Shown here: one piece after another, positions 39,357 to 52,009 of the stretch
Position numbering within the stretch: the stretch's first letter is position 1
How the letters are laid out: every line of letters begins with the position of its first letter
Source: Chiloscyllium plagiosum
Taxonomy: Eukaryota
Direction of reading: 5' to 3'
DNA length: 64,000 nucleotides
Assembly: GCF_004010195.1 (NCBI RefSeq)
Contig: NC_057718.1
Location: 44,045,809-44,109,808 of the forward strand
The notes under the pieces: generated by a model
Told to the model about the DNA's origin: nothing
Seen by the model: the letters and a program-made list of their open reading frames with translations, nothing else
Databases searched by the model: none
Program-made: the position numbers and the translations under genes

Positions 39357-40385
39357 ATAAGCTGCATCATATCCAGAGCTTAACCTTCACCTGAATTATT
39401 AGAGTTGACAAGGGATAACAGATCTTGAATGATTCATAACTATCCTCAAATGAATATAATTGACTACTGCTTTGTACTGCAATAATAGGACCTTTGGTGG
39501 TGGCAGAAAAGAAGAAGTGATAGAGGAGCCGCCTGTTACATATTTTTCTGAATATTCCTTTCCATTTGAAGTTGACCGAGCAAGATGTTTGATAGGCAGC
39601 CCATCCATAACCACTTGTTTTCCACTATTGCCAATAATTAAAATTAACACTAATGTTTCTTCAGAGATCTTTTCTGATATATTAATGAAAATCAATTCTA
39701 CATGTTTGAAGCAAAATTGGGAGAAATGTGGAACTCATTTTTTAGTCGCTGCAACAAAGAAATAAAGTGTAACTTTTTTGTTTCCCACACTCTATTCACA
39801 GCAAGGCGAGATTTGCATGTAACATTATTTGGAGATATAAGGTTACATATTTTCATCTGATGGTGAGCATTATTGGTGAAATTCTGGATTGGATTTTACA
39901 GTCAGCTACTGGTAGATTCAATTGATTGGAAGGAGCCAAATTACAAAATGCACAGTGCTGCCTGCACATACCTTCTTGCCCTGTCTCTCGCTCTCAATCT
40001 ATTTTCTAATTTCCTTCCAACAGGGGGCAGTGGAGGTGTCAGGCTCTCCTGGGTTTGTCGACACCCTTCCACATGACCAATAAAGTGGGTCATCATACTA
40101 CTGCCACTGTGTGACTCACAGCAATGTAGACCCGCACTAAATGGGGAGCCTGGCAGCTTTCACTGGGAAGGCTGATGACAGACAAGGGAGGAATATTCTT
40201 TCGGGATCTCTTGTGCCCGTCAGAGGCCCCTCCATCCACAGTCATACCTGCAACCCACTGAACCCTCCACCTGGTTTGTCTCTCAAACCCAGTCCCCATC
40301 CTGATACACCCCCTCAATGGGATCTGTCAGCCAGGTCCTGCCAATATCCTGGACATCCCTTAGGCCCAGCCTCCATGATTTCTTC

Positions 40386-40570
40386 TTAGAGTCATAGAGA
40401 CATATAGCATGGAAACAGACCCTCTGGTCCAATTTGTCCACGCTGACTAGATATCCCAATCCATATAGTCCCACTTGCCAGCACCTGGCCCATCTCCCTT
40501 CAAACCCTTCCTGTTCATATAACCATCCAGATGCCTTTAAAAATGTTGCAATTGTACTAGCCACCACCAA
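40386..40570 (-). mobile_element. CR1 3' terminus
   Basis: CR1 3'UTR and a ctatgactctaa tail on the minus strand. Confidence 0.85.
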
Positions 40571-41760
40571 AAGGATAGACCAGATCTAAAAGTTGAAGTT
40601 ATAAATTGGAGAAAGGACAATTTTGACGGTGTTAGGCAAGAACTTTCAAAAGCTGATTGGAGGCAGATGTTCGCAGGTAGAGGGACGGCTGGAAAATGGG
40701 AAGCGTTCATAAATGAGATAAGGAGAATCCAGAGAAAGTATATTCCTGTTAGGGTGAAATGAAAGGCTGGTAGGTATAGGGAATGCTGGTTGGGTAAAGA
40801 AATTGAAGTTTTGGTTAAGAAAAAGAAGGAAGCATATGTCAGGGATATACAGGAGAAATCAAGTGAAGCCTTAGAAGAGTATAAAGGCAGTAGGAGTATA
40901 CTTAAGAGGGAAATCAGGAGGGCAAAAAGGGGGCATGAGATAGCTTTGGTAAAGAGAATTAAGGAGAATCCAAAGGGTTTTTACAAATACATTAAGAACA
41001 AAAGGGTAACTAGGGAGAAAAAAGGGCCCATCAAAGATCAGCAAGGCGGCCTTTGTGTGGAGCCACAGAAAATGGGGGAGATACTAAATGAGTATTTTGC
41101 ATCAGTATTTACTGTGGAAAAGGACATGGAAGATATAGAATGTAGGGAAATAGATGGTGACATGTTGAAAAATGTCCATATTACAGAGGGGGAAGTGCTG
41201 GGTGTCTTGAAACGCATAAAGGTGGATAAATTCCCCAGGACCTGATCAGGTGTACCCTAGAACTCTGTGGGAAGCTAGGGAAGTGATTGCTGAGCCTCTT
41301 GCTGAGATATTTGTATCATTAATAATCATAGGTGAGGTGCCAGATGACTGGAGGTTGGCTAACATGGTGTCACTGTTTACAAAGGGTGGTAAGAACAAGC
41401 CAGGGAACTATAGACCAGTGAGCCTGACATCGGTGGTGGGCAATTTGTTGGAGGGAATCCTGAGGGACAGGGTGTACATGTATTTGGAAAGGCAAGGACT
41501 GATTAGGGATAGTCAACATGGCTTTGTGCATGGGAAATCATGTCTCACAAATTTGATTGAGTTTTTTGCAGAAGTAACAAAGAGGATTGATGAGGGCAGA
41601 GCAGTAAATGAGATCTATATGGACTTCGGTAAGGCATTCGACAAGGTTCCCCATGGGAGACTGGTTAGCGAGGTTAGATCTCATGGAACACAGGGAGAAC
41701 TAGCCAGAACTGGATACAGAACTGGCTCATAGGTAGAAGACAGAAGGTGGTGGTGGAGGA
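40571..41760 (+). mobile_element. CR1 ORF2 internal segment (linker plus RT N-terminal half)
   Basis: ENPKGFYKYI...LNEYFASVFT; PGNYRPVSLTS...SQHGF..GKSCLTNLIEFF...YMDFGKAFDKVPH. Confidence 0.95.
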
Positions 41761-41799
41761 TATCTACCTGCGACTGGATTCTCGTTATCTCAGAGCAGG

Positions 41800-41915
41800 C
41801 TCAACAAGTCCACACTGACCCTCTGAAGAGCAACCCACCCAGATCCATTCCCCTACATCTAGCCCTTCACCTAACACTATGGGCAAGTTAGCATGGCCAA
41901 TTCACCTAACCTGTA
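41800..41915 (-). mobile_element. HE1 SINE 3' fragment
   Basis: caacaagtccacactgacc...tagcatggccaattcacctaacctg matches the HE1 body. Confidence 0.8.
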
Positions 41916-43380
41916 CAGCCAACAATGGCCTAACCAATGTCCTATGTAGCTGCAACATGACCTCCTTACTCCTGTGCTCAACACTCTGACCAATAAAGGA
42001 AAGCAAACCAAATACCTTCTTCACTATCCTAACTACCTGTGACTCCACTTTCATGGAGCTATGAACCTGCACTCCAAGGTCTCTTTGTTCAACAACACTC
42101 CCCAGAACCTTACCATTAAATGTACAAGTCCTGCTAAAATTTGTTTTCACAAAATGCAGCACCTCGCATTTATCTGAATTATATACCATCTGACACTTCT
42201 CAGCCCATTGGCCCATCTGATCAAGATTCCGTTGTAACCTAAGGTAACCCCTCCTCTCTTGCCTCCCTTTCTATCCTTCCTGATAGCATTTGTATCCTGG
42301 AACATTAAGCTGCCAGTCCTGTCCATCCCTGAGCCATGTTTCCGTAATTGCTATGATATCCCAGTCCCATGTTCGTAACCATGCCCTGAGTTCATCTGCC
42401 TTCCCTGTCAGGTCCCTTGCATTGAAATAAATGTAGTTTAATTTATCACACCTACCTTGTTCTCTGCTTTATCCCTGCCTGCCCTGACTGTTTGACTTGC
42501 TTCTATTGTCAACTGTACCAGTCTCAGGTTGATCTCTTTCCTCACTATCTCCTTAAGTCCCACCCTTCCCCCCACCTTACTAGTTTAAATCATCCTGAGA
42601 AGCTCTAGCAAATCTCCCTGCCGGTATATTAGTCCCCTTCCAATTTAGGTGCAATCCGTCCTTTTTGTACAGGTCACTTCTACCCCAAAAGAGATTCCAG
42701 TGATCCAAAAATGTGAATCCTTCTCCCATACATCAGCTCCTCAGCCATGCATTCATCTGCTCTATCCTCCTATTCCTGCCCTCAGTAGCTCGTAGTACCT
42801 GGAGAAATCCAGATATTACTACTCTCGAGGACCTCCTTTTTAAATTCCTGCCTAACTCTCTGTAATCCCCCTTCAGAATCTTAACCTTTTCCCTCCCTAT
42901 GTCGTTGGTTCCAATGTGGACAATGACTTCCTGCTGGCCCCCCTCCACCTTGAGAACATTCTGCATCCTCTCTGAGACATCCTTGTTCCTGACACCAGCA
43001 AAACACCATTCTGGTTTTTCATTGCTGGCCACAGAAACGTCTGTCTATACCTCAGGCTAGAGAATCCCCTAACACAATCAATCTCTTGGAACCCAATGTA
43101 CCTCTCATTGTATTAGAGCCAGTCTCAGTACCAGAAGCTTGGCTTTTCGTGTTACGTTCCCCTGAGAATCCATCACCCCTTACATTTTCTAAAACAGCAT
43201 ACCTGTTTGAAATAGGGATAGCCACAGAAGACTTCTGCATTAACTGCCTACCTCTATGACCGTTCTGGGAGTTAACCCATCTATGTGACTGTATCTGCGA
43301 TGTTTCCCCCTTCCTATAACTGCTATCCACCACATCCCCTTGCTCTTGTAAATTCTTCATTGCCTCTAACTGTCTCTTGT
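41916..43380 (-). mobile_element. Internally deleted CR1 LINE (ORF1 esterase, ORF2 start, RT C-terminal piece)
   Basis: IPISNRYAVL, LIVLGDSLA and VIVHIGTNDIG...VVISGFL (SGNH); an endonuclease start near 42430; then WAEKCQM.YNSDKCEVLHF...QRDLGVQVH. Confidence 0.92.
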
Positions 43381-44247
43381 TCAGTGACTGATTGAAGTTC
43401 CAGTAGAAACCACCATTCAAAGCTAGTACTGCTGAGGCTCCAGAATGGCTGGACAGACAAATAAGGTCAACTCAGAAAAAAACAAGTTAAAATACCGGAG
43501 GCTCTCAGTTTAAAACATTGTAGACATGGTAGCCATGGAAGCTGTGTGAGTATTCTGTCAAATGCATTAAGTATAAACTTCGAAATCCTTCTAGCATATG
43601 CCAGTGACAGGCAATAATGGAAGCAGAGATTCCTTATCAGCCTTGTGTTGGAAAGAAATTGGAGTTCTTACTGTCACTATCCATAGCTGCAGGCCACAAT
43701 ATTCATGTTAAATTCAATGCTTCCACAGCAACTCAGAATCCTTGAAGGGCCAATTGGTTCAGTTGACTGGATAGTTGGTGAGGAACAGATTGATGACAGT
43801 TGTGGGGGGAGAGGGTTGATTTTTGTTCCAGCTGGAATGGACTTGGGCTCTGCCCCTTCATCCTACTTGTAGTAGACTCTGTGGACTTGTGGGTCAGACC
43901 TATCTTCAGTGACAGAACTCAAATCTCAAACAAGCAGCATCAGTAAGAATAATGGGCTAGTGGAACGCATTCACATTTCTTATAAAGATGCACAAAATAT
44001 TGCAACATAAGGGGTTAAGTATTTGATGAACCAATATCCAAACACATCCTTTTGTGTTTTCTTTGAATGTTTAGACTAATCAGATTCTTTTTAAATGCAG
44101 GCTGAAGTACAATCTCCCAATTAACTTGAGAGTGGTTGGAAGTAGTGGTAGTGAACAGGTATTGATGTACATTAGAAGAATACATGAATACATATTCTAA
44201 AATTCATCAGGAAATTTGTAAAATTAAACTTAGTGACTTAAGTTTAG

Positions 44248-44366
44248 TGCAGATGGACTGCAGCGGTTCAAGAAGGCAGCTAATCACCACCTTCTTAGGG
44301 AACTAAGGATGGGCAGTAAATACTGGCCAACCAGCGATGCCCACTTCTCAGAAATGAATAAAAATA
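44248..44366 (+). mobile_element. LINE 3' terminus fragment (same family as 6675-7925)
   Basis: ggactgcagcggttcaagaaggcagct..caccaccttct...gggcagtaaatactggcc...gaatgaataaaa. Confidence 0.75.
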
Positions 44367-44789
44367 TTGACTGTTGTAAAGTAGGCATAGAGCAAGTTGC
44401 AAATAGCTTACTAAAATAATATTCTTTAAAATATCCATATTGATGCCTGATTCACATGAATCCAATGAAAGGATTTGAAAACCCAATAACTGAAAAGTGC
44501 GAACATAGTTGTAGTTTATTTGATTTAGTTGATAAATATTTGATTTAGTTGAGAAATATTTCTCTCAGAGAAATATTGTCTTATTAAGATTGACTTTACT
44601 AATTTAGGCTACTAATGTGTCTTCTCTGACTCTGACTTGAACATTCTCTTTTTGGTTTCATACATATTTCAGTAAAATAACCAGATATGCATTGAACCAT
44701 TTTTAAGTTTAAATGCTCACTCATATTTCATTAACTAACTGGTTTTGGTGACAGCTGGAATTTAGACTGTTTTTCCTCTTCATTTATAG

Positions 44790-44992
44790 AGCCTGAAGGC
44801 ATACTACCTCCAGAGGTCAATGTGATCAATAGTACAGCTGTTCATGTCATCTGGACATCACCATCAAAACCAAACAGTCTTGTCACCGAATATTCTATTC
44901 ATGTGAATAAAAAGCAGCATAATACAGATATGCATTTACCCGGGCCTTTTATATTGACAGACCTTTATCCATTTACTGTATATAAGATAAAG
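44790..44992 (+). pseudogene. USH2A: USH2A exon (about human exon 46), reading frame open
   Basis: tttatAG|...|GTagga, 203 nt. Reads (E)PEGILPPEVNVINSTAVHVIWTSPSKPNSLVTEYSIHVNKKQHNTDMHLPGPFILTDLYPFTVYKIK versus recalled human EPQGMLPPEVVIINSTAVRVIWTSPSNPNGVVTEYSIYVN...LSPFTIYDIQ. Confidence 0.95.
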
Positions 44993-45641
44993 GTAGGAGT
45001 GATTCTTTTAATATATCAAACAATATTACAGATCAGGTATTTCATGCTTTCCAGGTCTTCTCCATGTGCATTTTAATATTTTACCTTTTTTTCTATTTCA
45101 GGATTTTAGACTTGTCATACCATGCATTTTGCATTGATATAAAGCACTTTGAATTTTGACTTAGTTTTCACAGTGTAGTACAACTCTGACATGCAGTCAC
45201 CAATATCTAATGCAGGCAGACAAAGTTAGACTACCACATGGTAGTGCACTCATACCAGCTTGATTCTACATCAGATACAATATTAGTCCAACTGATGTGA
45301 TGCAAAATTTTAAAAGCTGTACAATAGTCTAATAGATTGCCCAAAAAGTTTAAAAGTTCATTTTAACCTGTTTGTCTGAAGGTTAGCGATCTTATTTGTG
45401 TGAAGAATTACAGTTTCCTTAAATGGATAGCAAACAGCATCCAGCAGGATAAGTCGAACCTTCCCTTCCAGTCATTACCAGCTTCAACTACATCATTCTA
45501 AACATCAATTATATGTGTATTTTAACCAGATTTTCATTTCTCAGTACTTATTTTTGCCTTCTGGTTTGTTATATTACTTTTGGATCTTTTTAAATATCTC
45601 TTTACAGAAGAATGACTCATCAAAATAAATAGTTTACCGTG

Positions 45642-45786
45642 GATGTAGGTTTGCTCGCTGAGCTGGAAGGTTGATTTTCAGATGTTTCATCACCATACTA
45701 GGGAACATCTTCAGTGAACCTCTGGACAGTGAGCAAACCTACATCCAGAACCTCAACCTGAGCTACAAATCTTCTTAAAGCTTATT
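45642..45786. mobile_element. Penelope-derived fold-back insert (third family)
   Basis: 20-bp inverted arms at 45641-45660 and 45727-45746 (1 mismatch). Perfect 14-bp TSD aatagtttaccgtg at 45628-45641 and 45787-45800. Confidence 0.85.
45677..45718 (-). ncRNA. Minimal type-I hammerhead ribozyme motif
   Basis: Minus strand TTCA-CTGAAGA-T-GTTCCC-tagtat-GGTGAT-GAAAC-ATC-TGAA. Stem I (TTCA/TGAA) and the core are intact; stem II is imperfect. Confidence 0.7.
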
Positions 45787-46179
45787 AATAGTTTACCGTG
45801 TTTACTGAACTTACTTTGTTCAGTCCAAGCAGCCATTAATTCTGCCCAGTAATTAAAAATAAGTATTCCTGGCACAAGTTGTTGTTTCCTACATCTCTGA
45901 TACAAAATCCAATACATTGTTGCCTTTAGCGACTGGCTCAGTTGGTACACATTTCTGAATGAAAAAAACTTTATCAGAATTTGAGCATAGAATTCTGAGG
46001 ACCACTTCAGTGTATCAGTGACAAAGTGTTGTATAGTCAGAATTTGTCTTTCAACCTGCCTATTTGAATGGATATAAAATGTGACCCTGTTCAGAGAACA
46101 GAAGAATACCAGACATCATACACATCTGTGCAAACATACTACAGAGTGTATGTTTGCTTCTCCAAAAGACAGGAAGTAT

Positions 46180-46313
46180 TTTGTTCGGTTAATCAAATTC
46201 CGGATAATTGAATGCTGGATAACATAATTTAACTGAGCATTGGGACTTTGCGATCTTGCCAGATAATCCAATATTCAGATAATCAAATGCTGGATAATCG
46301 AGGTTCCTCTGTA
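46180..46313. mobile_element. Tc1/mariner (Tigger/pogo-like) MITE end
   Basis: Internally repetitive ggataatc units end in gataatcgaggttcctctg-TA, typical of a pogo-type terminus. The opposite terminal repeat is not clear. Confidence 0.5.
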
Positions 46314-46845
46314 GTTAGAAGCAGGCGTACACTATTTGGCCCTCAAGCACACTTCACCATTTAATAACACCTTAGTGATTAATAGTAATAGTGATCTGAT
46401 TGTGGCCTCAACTCCATTTTACTATCGCCTTTGACTCCTTTGATGGTCAAGAGTCCATCTACCCTTGGTAATGGCTCTGCCACCACCATACTCTGGGGAA
46501 AATAATTCTTCAGACTCATGGTTCACTGAAAGAAAAGAGACACTCCTCATCTCCAACTTAAATGGAATTCCCTTATGTCTCCGAGTTCTAGTCTCCCCAC
46601 AATGGGAAACATCCTTTCAACATCAACCCTGTCAAATCCCCTCAGATCTTAAAAATCTTATCTGTTTCAGTAAGATCATCTCTCAACCTCCTAACTCCAA
46701 ATGATATGCACTCAAGCTGTCTAACCTTTCCTCAAAGGATAATCCCCTCATCGCAAGAATCAGTTGAGTGAATCTTCTCTGAACAGCTTTGAATAAAATT
46801 ATATCCTTTCTGAAACAAAGAGACCAAATCTGTAGTACTCTGGGT
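46314..46845 (-). mobile_element. Old CR1 3' fragment
   Basis: QIWSLCFRKDIILFKAVQRRFTQLI..MRGLSFEERL. Confidence 0.85.
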
Positions 46846-47476
46846 GTGCTATCCTTGCTAAATTTTAAACTAAATGTTTGCACATATTTATACTCAATGT
46901 TTTGGCATATTGTTTTTGCAACTTGCAGTCCTTTGTTTATGTATCAGCACAAGGAAAAGACTGAATCTATCCTGTTCTACAATATTCCACATCCCGTTAG
47001 GCAAATAGGCAATAGTACTTGTGTCATCAATAGATCTGCCTGCAGACAGTGGCACCTGCTTTCTGCTTGAAGTTGTACATGTTGAACCAGGACGCAGTGG
47101 GCAATCCCACAATGAATAATTGCAAAGAAATCTACAAATCACTAAAGGATATAAAACTGGTGATTATTATGAATGACTGCTATCTGTTATGTACTATTTT
47201 ATATTTTCCAGTCATTCATTTTTTGAAAAGGCAGTTTTTCATGTTTAATCATGAATCCTCCATGACTCAAAGAAAGTAGAAAGAATAAGACATTATGAAT
47301 TTCCTTGGTTGTATATCAACGGCTGGAATGTATAATTTGCATGCTTTCCATTTGCTTCTGAAAGTAAGAATAAGATGCATGCTTGTTGGGTTTGATTTAA
47401 CGCAAACAAATTCAAATTTTATTCAGGAATTTTTGAAAAGGTAATGCATTTTTTGTGATCTTTTATACATAATTAG

Positions 47477-47589
47477 ATTGAGGTATGCATACTATATGGC
47501 TACACTAAAAGCAACAATACCCAAGTCACCACCCTTGAACATAAACCATTTAATATAGCTGCACCTCATATACATGTCATGAAGTCAAG
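47477..47589 (+). pseudogene. USH2A: USH2A exon (about human exon 47), reading frame open
   Basis: aattAG|...|GTaagt, 113 nt. Reads IEVCILYGYTKSNNTQVTTLEHKPFNIAAPHIHVMKSR versus recalled human VEVCTIYACVKSNGTQITTVEDTPSDIPTPTIRGITSR. Confidence 0.92.
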
Positions 47590-48291
47590 GTAAGTAAAAT
47601 TTCCTATATTCAAAAAAAATTGCCATAACAATGATTTGGATTTAAACTGCAGTTTACCTTTTACGGAATGTAAGTGCTGTCCCCTTAGCTGTATTTGTTG
47701 CCATTACCAAATTTGAGGGCCAAATCCTCAAACAACAGATTGTGTAAAAACCTTCTCAAGAGTAATTGGAGAAAGGCACCAAATGCTGGCCTTTCCAGCA
47801 ATACTCACATTCCATGAGAGAATACATTAACCTTCCAGATAGGCAGCTATCGTAACTTGTAGACATGATTTCAGAGATGTGTTGCACTTTAGTGGCTGGG
47901 CAGAATGACATAGATGCATCAAGTTCCCCTCCAAACGGAAAAACCTGCTCTGTGATTTATGTGTGGGTCATAGTCTGAAGGGAAAACCTACATTTTCTTA
48001 TAACTGCTTCCGTTGGCCTGCAGAAATAGTTCTGACATTTCTTTGTAAGAGATTATCCTTATTACCCACTGCATTTAACTGATCAGAGCATTCAGAGTAT
48101 CCCTGCAAGTGATGTGTCTTTCATGCTGCCACAAACTACACCCAAAGGCACTTACAGCAATGATTATAGCAAGCTAGCCAGTACAGTTCATACAATTACA
48201 TTTTTCCAAACACTCACTTGTCATAAAATAACAAAAAATGTATTTGCTATTATTTACAGTTACAAATAATGCAGTGTACCCAGCACCTTAT

Positions 48292-48842
48292 CCTAAGATA
48301 TTGGAACAGAACTAGACAATTCAGCCCATCAGGTCCTCTTTGCCTTTCAATGAGATTATGGCTGATCTAATACTCTTCAACTCCACTTTCCTGTCTTATA
48401 CCTAAAATACTTGATTCCCTCACTAATTACAAAACAGTCTACTTCAGCCTTGAATAATGACTTAGTGACATTGCCTCGACAGCCCTTTGCAGTAAGGAAT
48501 TTCACAGACTGACTACTGTCTGAGAGAAAAAAATCTCTCCTCATCTTAAGTAGGCAAACCTTTACTGTGAGATTATGCCATTTTGTCTCAAATCTCCCCA
48601 CAAGGGGAATAAGACATGTCTGCATCTACCTTGTCAAGTCCTCTAAGAATCTGATATGTTTCAAAAAGATTTCCTCTCATACTTCTAAACTCCAATGAAT
48701 AGAACCTAAATCTGCTCAACCTATTGTTTTAGGAAAAATCTTCCATTCGTGGGATCAACCTAGTGAAACTTTTCTGAACTACCTCTCAGACCTGTATATC
48801 TTTCCTTAGATAAGGGGACCAAAATTGTTCACAGTACTCTAG
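48292..48842 (-). mobile_element. Old CR1 3' fragment
   Basis: QFWSPYLRKDI on the minus strand (~48800-48830), PLVGRFETKWHNL, and a 3'UTR. Confidence 0.85.
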
Positions 48843-49539
48843 ATCATGGTCACGAGCACACATTTAATTAAGAAAAAGCTACCAATTAATTAGTTACATT
48901 GACACTTTCCTTTCACTTTATATTCTATTTAATTACACCTAAGCTGAGTTATTCCCATTTGATGTGTCATTTCCTTGTCTCTTAGTGGGCCACCCAATTA
49001 GTTTCCACACTATCTGATTCAGGAGCTCAGGAGGAACCTTTCTAAACTAAAATTGTGATATCCTTAAAACAGAAATTAAGTATTACCACTTCAGTGACCT
49101 GCCAAGTCACGTGTCTAAGTCTCAATACCCCTATTGCTGCCTCCATTGTCTCTTGACATGTTTGACTAGGGCAGGAGCCAGCTGTACAGGAGAAAGAGAA
49201 GGAACATAGCAGCACTTTCTCTTCTTGTCAGGCTTTACCCCATCCTATTTATTCCAGCAATCTTGGATATGGTGACCAAGACAGTTGCAGTGGAACTAGA
49301 AAATTTGGGTATGTTTTCTTGACAAAGGGTTCTTATGTGGCCCAAATATCTGACAGGCAAGGGCTCTTAGCAGTCTTTCCTGAACACTTGTAAAGGCTAT
49401 TAGGGATGTGACCCAGGTTGTAATAACACAATGTCTCAATTCATCACAGTGCATTATTATATTGTTGTAAACTCTCAATGCGCTATGGACTAATAATGTG
49501 TTCCCGTAAGCTGTACAGCTTTGCGTGTGCAGCTATTCC

Positions 49540-50130
49540 AATGTTCCAGCAGCCAATCTGCATGTCAACATGAATTGCATCATTGACTTCCAGTTCCAGA
49601 AGTTACTGCCACGCCAGAAGTCCATGTGGAAGAAAAACAAATTAGAGGAAACACTGCACTGATATCTGGAGCCCTTTCAGAAAGTAGTTCTTGAAATGTG
49701 GAGAGTCACAGTATTCAACTCAATCCAGGTCTTCTCTCTACATTGACCAGGTCTTCCAATAACAGCCATGAAGCCTCTCTGCAAATACTTGGGGAATTAT
49801 TTGGTACTGACTAATCCCTGGTGGAAATCGATTGTTCTTTCTCTAGTTCATCCTCCAGAGCAGAACTTTGGTATAGTGTTCCAGTTCACTTCCAGTTCTC
49901 CAAAGAGGATCTGTTTAAAATCATCTCTCTCCAAATCTGGATGTGAGATTCTGAGCATTTCCCATTTTGGCAACAGGAGGAGGATGTTGCATCTTATATC
50001 TAATGTAATATCCAGTTCTTCTCTCAAGGCCCTAAGACATAGGTAACAAGGGTCTATTTGTGCTTGAGGACTCTTTTTCCTGCTCACTTCTAAACATAAG
50101 TCGCTTGCACTGCCAGCTTAGTTGACTAGT
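49540..50130 (-). mobile_element. Ancient RTE-like LINE relic
   Basis: CLRA...LDIR and KQILFGEL motifs (ORF 49848-50087); heavily decayed. Confidence 0.4.
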
Positions 50131-50824
50131 GCCATTCTACTCGAAAGAACGGCAATGTTGGACATGAAGCTTATAACAAAGACCACAAATTTTATGCCCA
50201 GAATGACATTTGATGCAGAAAAGCTAAAGAGCTGATGATTAGCATGAAAAGATAATGATATTTTGGAGGGAAAGAAAGGGCTTAGTTCTCCAGTCAGCAA
50301 GTAACCTGGACTTTTCTTACAGGGCTGAGGCTGCAAAGCATTCATCACCAATTTGATCTTGGTGGCAAGAGCTTTAATTCTCTTGACATTTAATTGATGG
50401 TAGCTTTATTTATTCCTAATGTCAAATTGAAGTAATTGTTATCAAGCTGCCCAGTAGTCAATCATATGAGAGAATTTTCATGCACAGCCAACCAGGAAAT
50501 AAAGAAGCTGCTTTTTATAAAGTTTTACTGACACCATCATAAATAATGCATTGGACAGATGGGGTTAAAATAGAAGCTGAAATATTAAGAACAAACTTAG
50601 AAGAGAATTGTTTAGAAATCCAGTTTAAAATACACAAATTGGAGACATTGAAAAACATCCCACCCTATAACATGATATTTCAGTGACCAATCAGCTGTTT
50701 ATATACAGATTATCACTAAAATACCAGTTATGTAGAATAAGACACTTTTTGTAGGTCTTGTTACAGTGATACTAAAGCAGAAAAGGGGCTGTTCTTACTA
50801 AACCTGTTGATTTTATTGAAAGGT

Positions 50825-51480
50825 GCTTTTTAAATTTGTTCATGTGACGTGGACATTGCTGGCTAGGCCAGTATACATTTTCGATACCTAATTCCTCTTG
50901 AGGAGGTAGTAGTGAGGTGCCTACTGTACTACTGTAATATTACAATCCACACACGATGCTGTTAGGAGGGGAGCTCCAGGATTTTGACACCATGATATTG
51001 AATGAACGGCAACATAGTTCCAAGCCAGGATAGTTTGTAGCTTGAATGGAAATTTTGAGGTGGTCATGCTCCAATGGATCTGCTGCCTTTGCCCTTCAAG
51101 AGGATCAAATTTGTGGGAAGTGTTCCTGCCAATTTTTTGTTTTGCTTCTGAACTTCTGAGTTTTATGCACAGCAGCAATTTCCAGAACTATCAATGCTGT
51201 GTTCAACGTTGACATGCTGAAAGTCATGCATGGAATGTTGGAGTGACTGTCTATGTATGCAGTTGCACAGCTTAAGGGGAACATTGGTTTGGGTCGACAT
51301 GGTGTACCCTTTGGTGGCAAAGTAAATGACAGGCCACACTTCAGAGTTTCTATGTTGATCTACACTGGGGCTAAGTTGTGAGGTTGAGGTTAGATTCAGT
51401 GGGTAGTTGAGAACTAGCTTGATGTAATTGAGAAACAGACTGAGACCACAGACAGGATGAATAGAACGGTCACCATTATA
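50825..51480 (-). mobile_element. Old CR1/L2-like LINE fragments
   Basis: The 3' terminus matches 6675 and 54900; decayed internal sequence follows. Confidence 0.6.
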
Positions 51481-51514
51481 AAACTCAAAAAGACTAACAT
51501 ATGAATCTGATCCC

Positions 51515-51990
51515 CAAAACTTAAATAAAGCAATCAAGAGAAAATACTACCCTTTACGCACATTGAAGATGTGATAGAGGAGATGTCTAATGAAAAGTCT
51601 TCTCAGTGTTGGATGCAAACCTAAGACTTTGGAAATTCAACTTTATGATGAAAGCTGCAAACCTTTGAACCATGAGAACACTATTTGGAAGATTTAGATC
51701 CAAAAGCCTACCAAGGGAGCTGCATCCAACAACTCCAGAAGTGTTCCAGAAGTGCATCACTTAAAGGCTGATAGGTCAGGAAACAGTTGTAAACATTATA
51801 GATGTGATGCTCATTTGGGGAGAAAACACAGAGCATGATAACAAGAGACTGAAGAACTTCTCAACAGAATCAGAAAATGTGATTTGAAATTGAACAGGAC
51901 AAATGCAAGATTGGGATGAAAGAGATCAGTTACATCAGATACATGTTAACTGCAGAAGTCCTGAAACCAGACAAAGACAAAGAAAAGTAC
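51515..51990 (+). mobile_element. Ty3/Gypsy reverse transcriptase relic
   Basis: Frameshifted AIKR..Y, IEDVI, TLFGRFR, PEVFQK, MLIWGE, and KCKIGMKEISYIRYMLTAEVLKPDKDK. Confidence 0.8.
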
Positions 51991-52009
51991 TGGGAAAGGA
52001 AACCATTCT

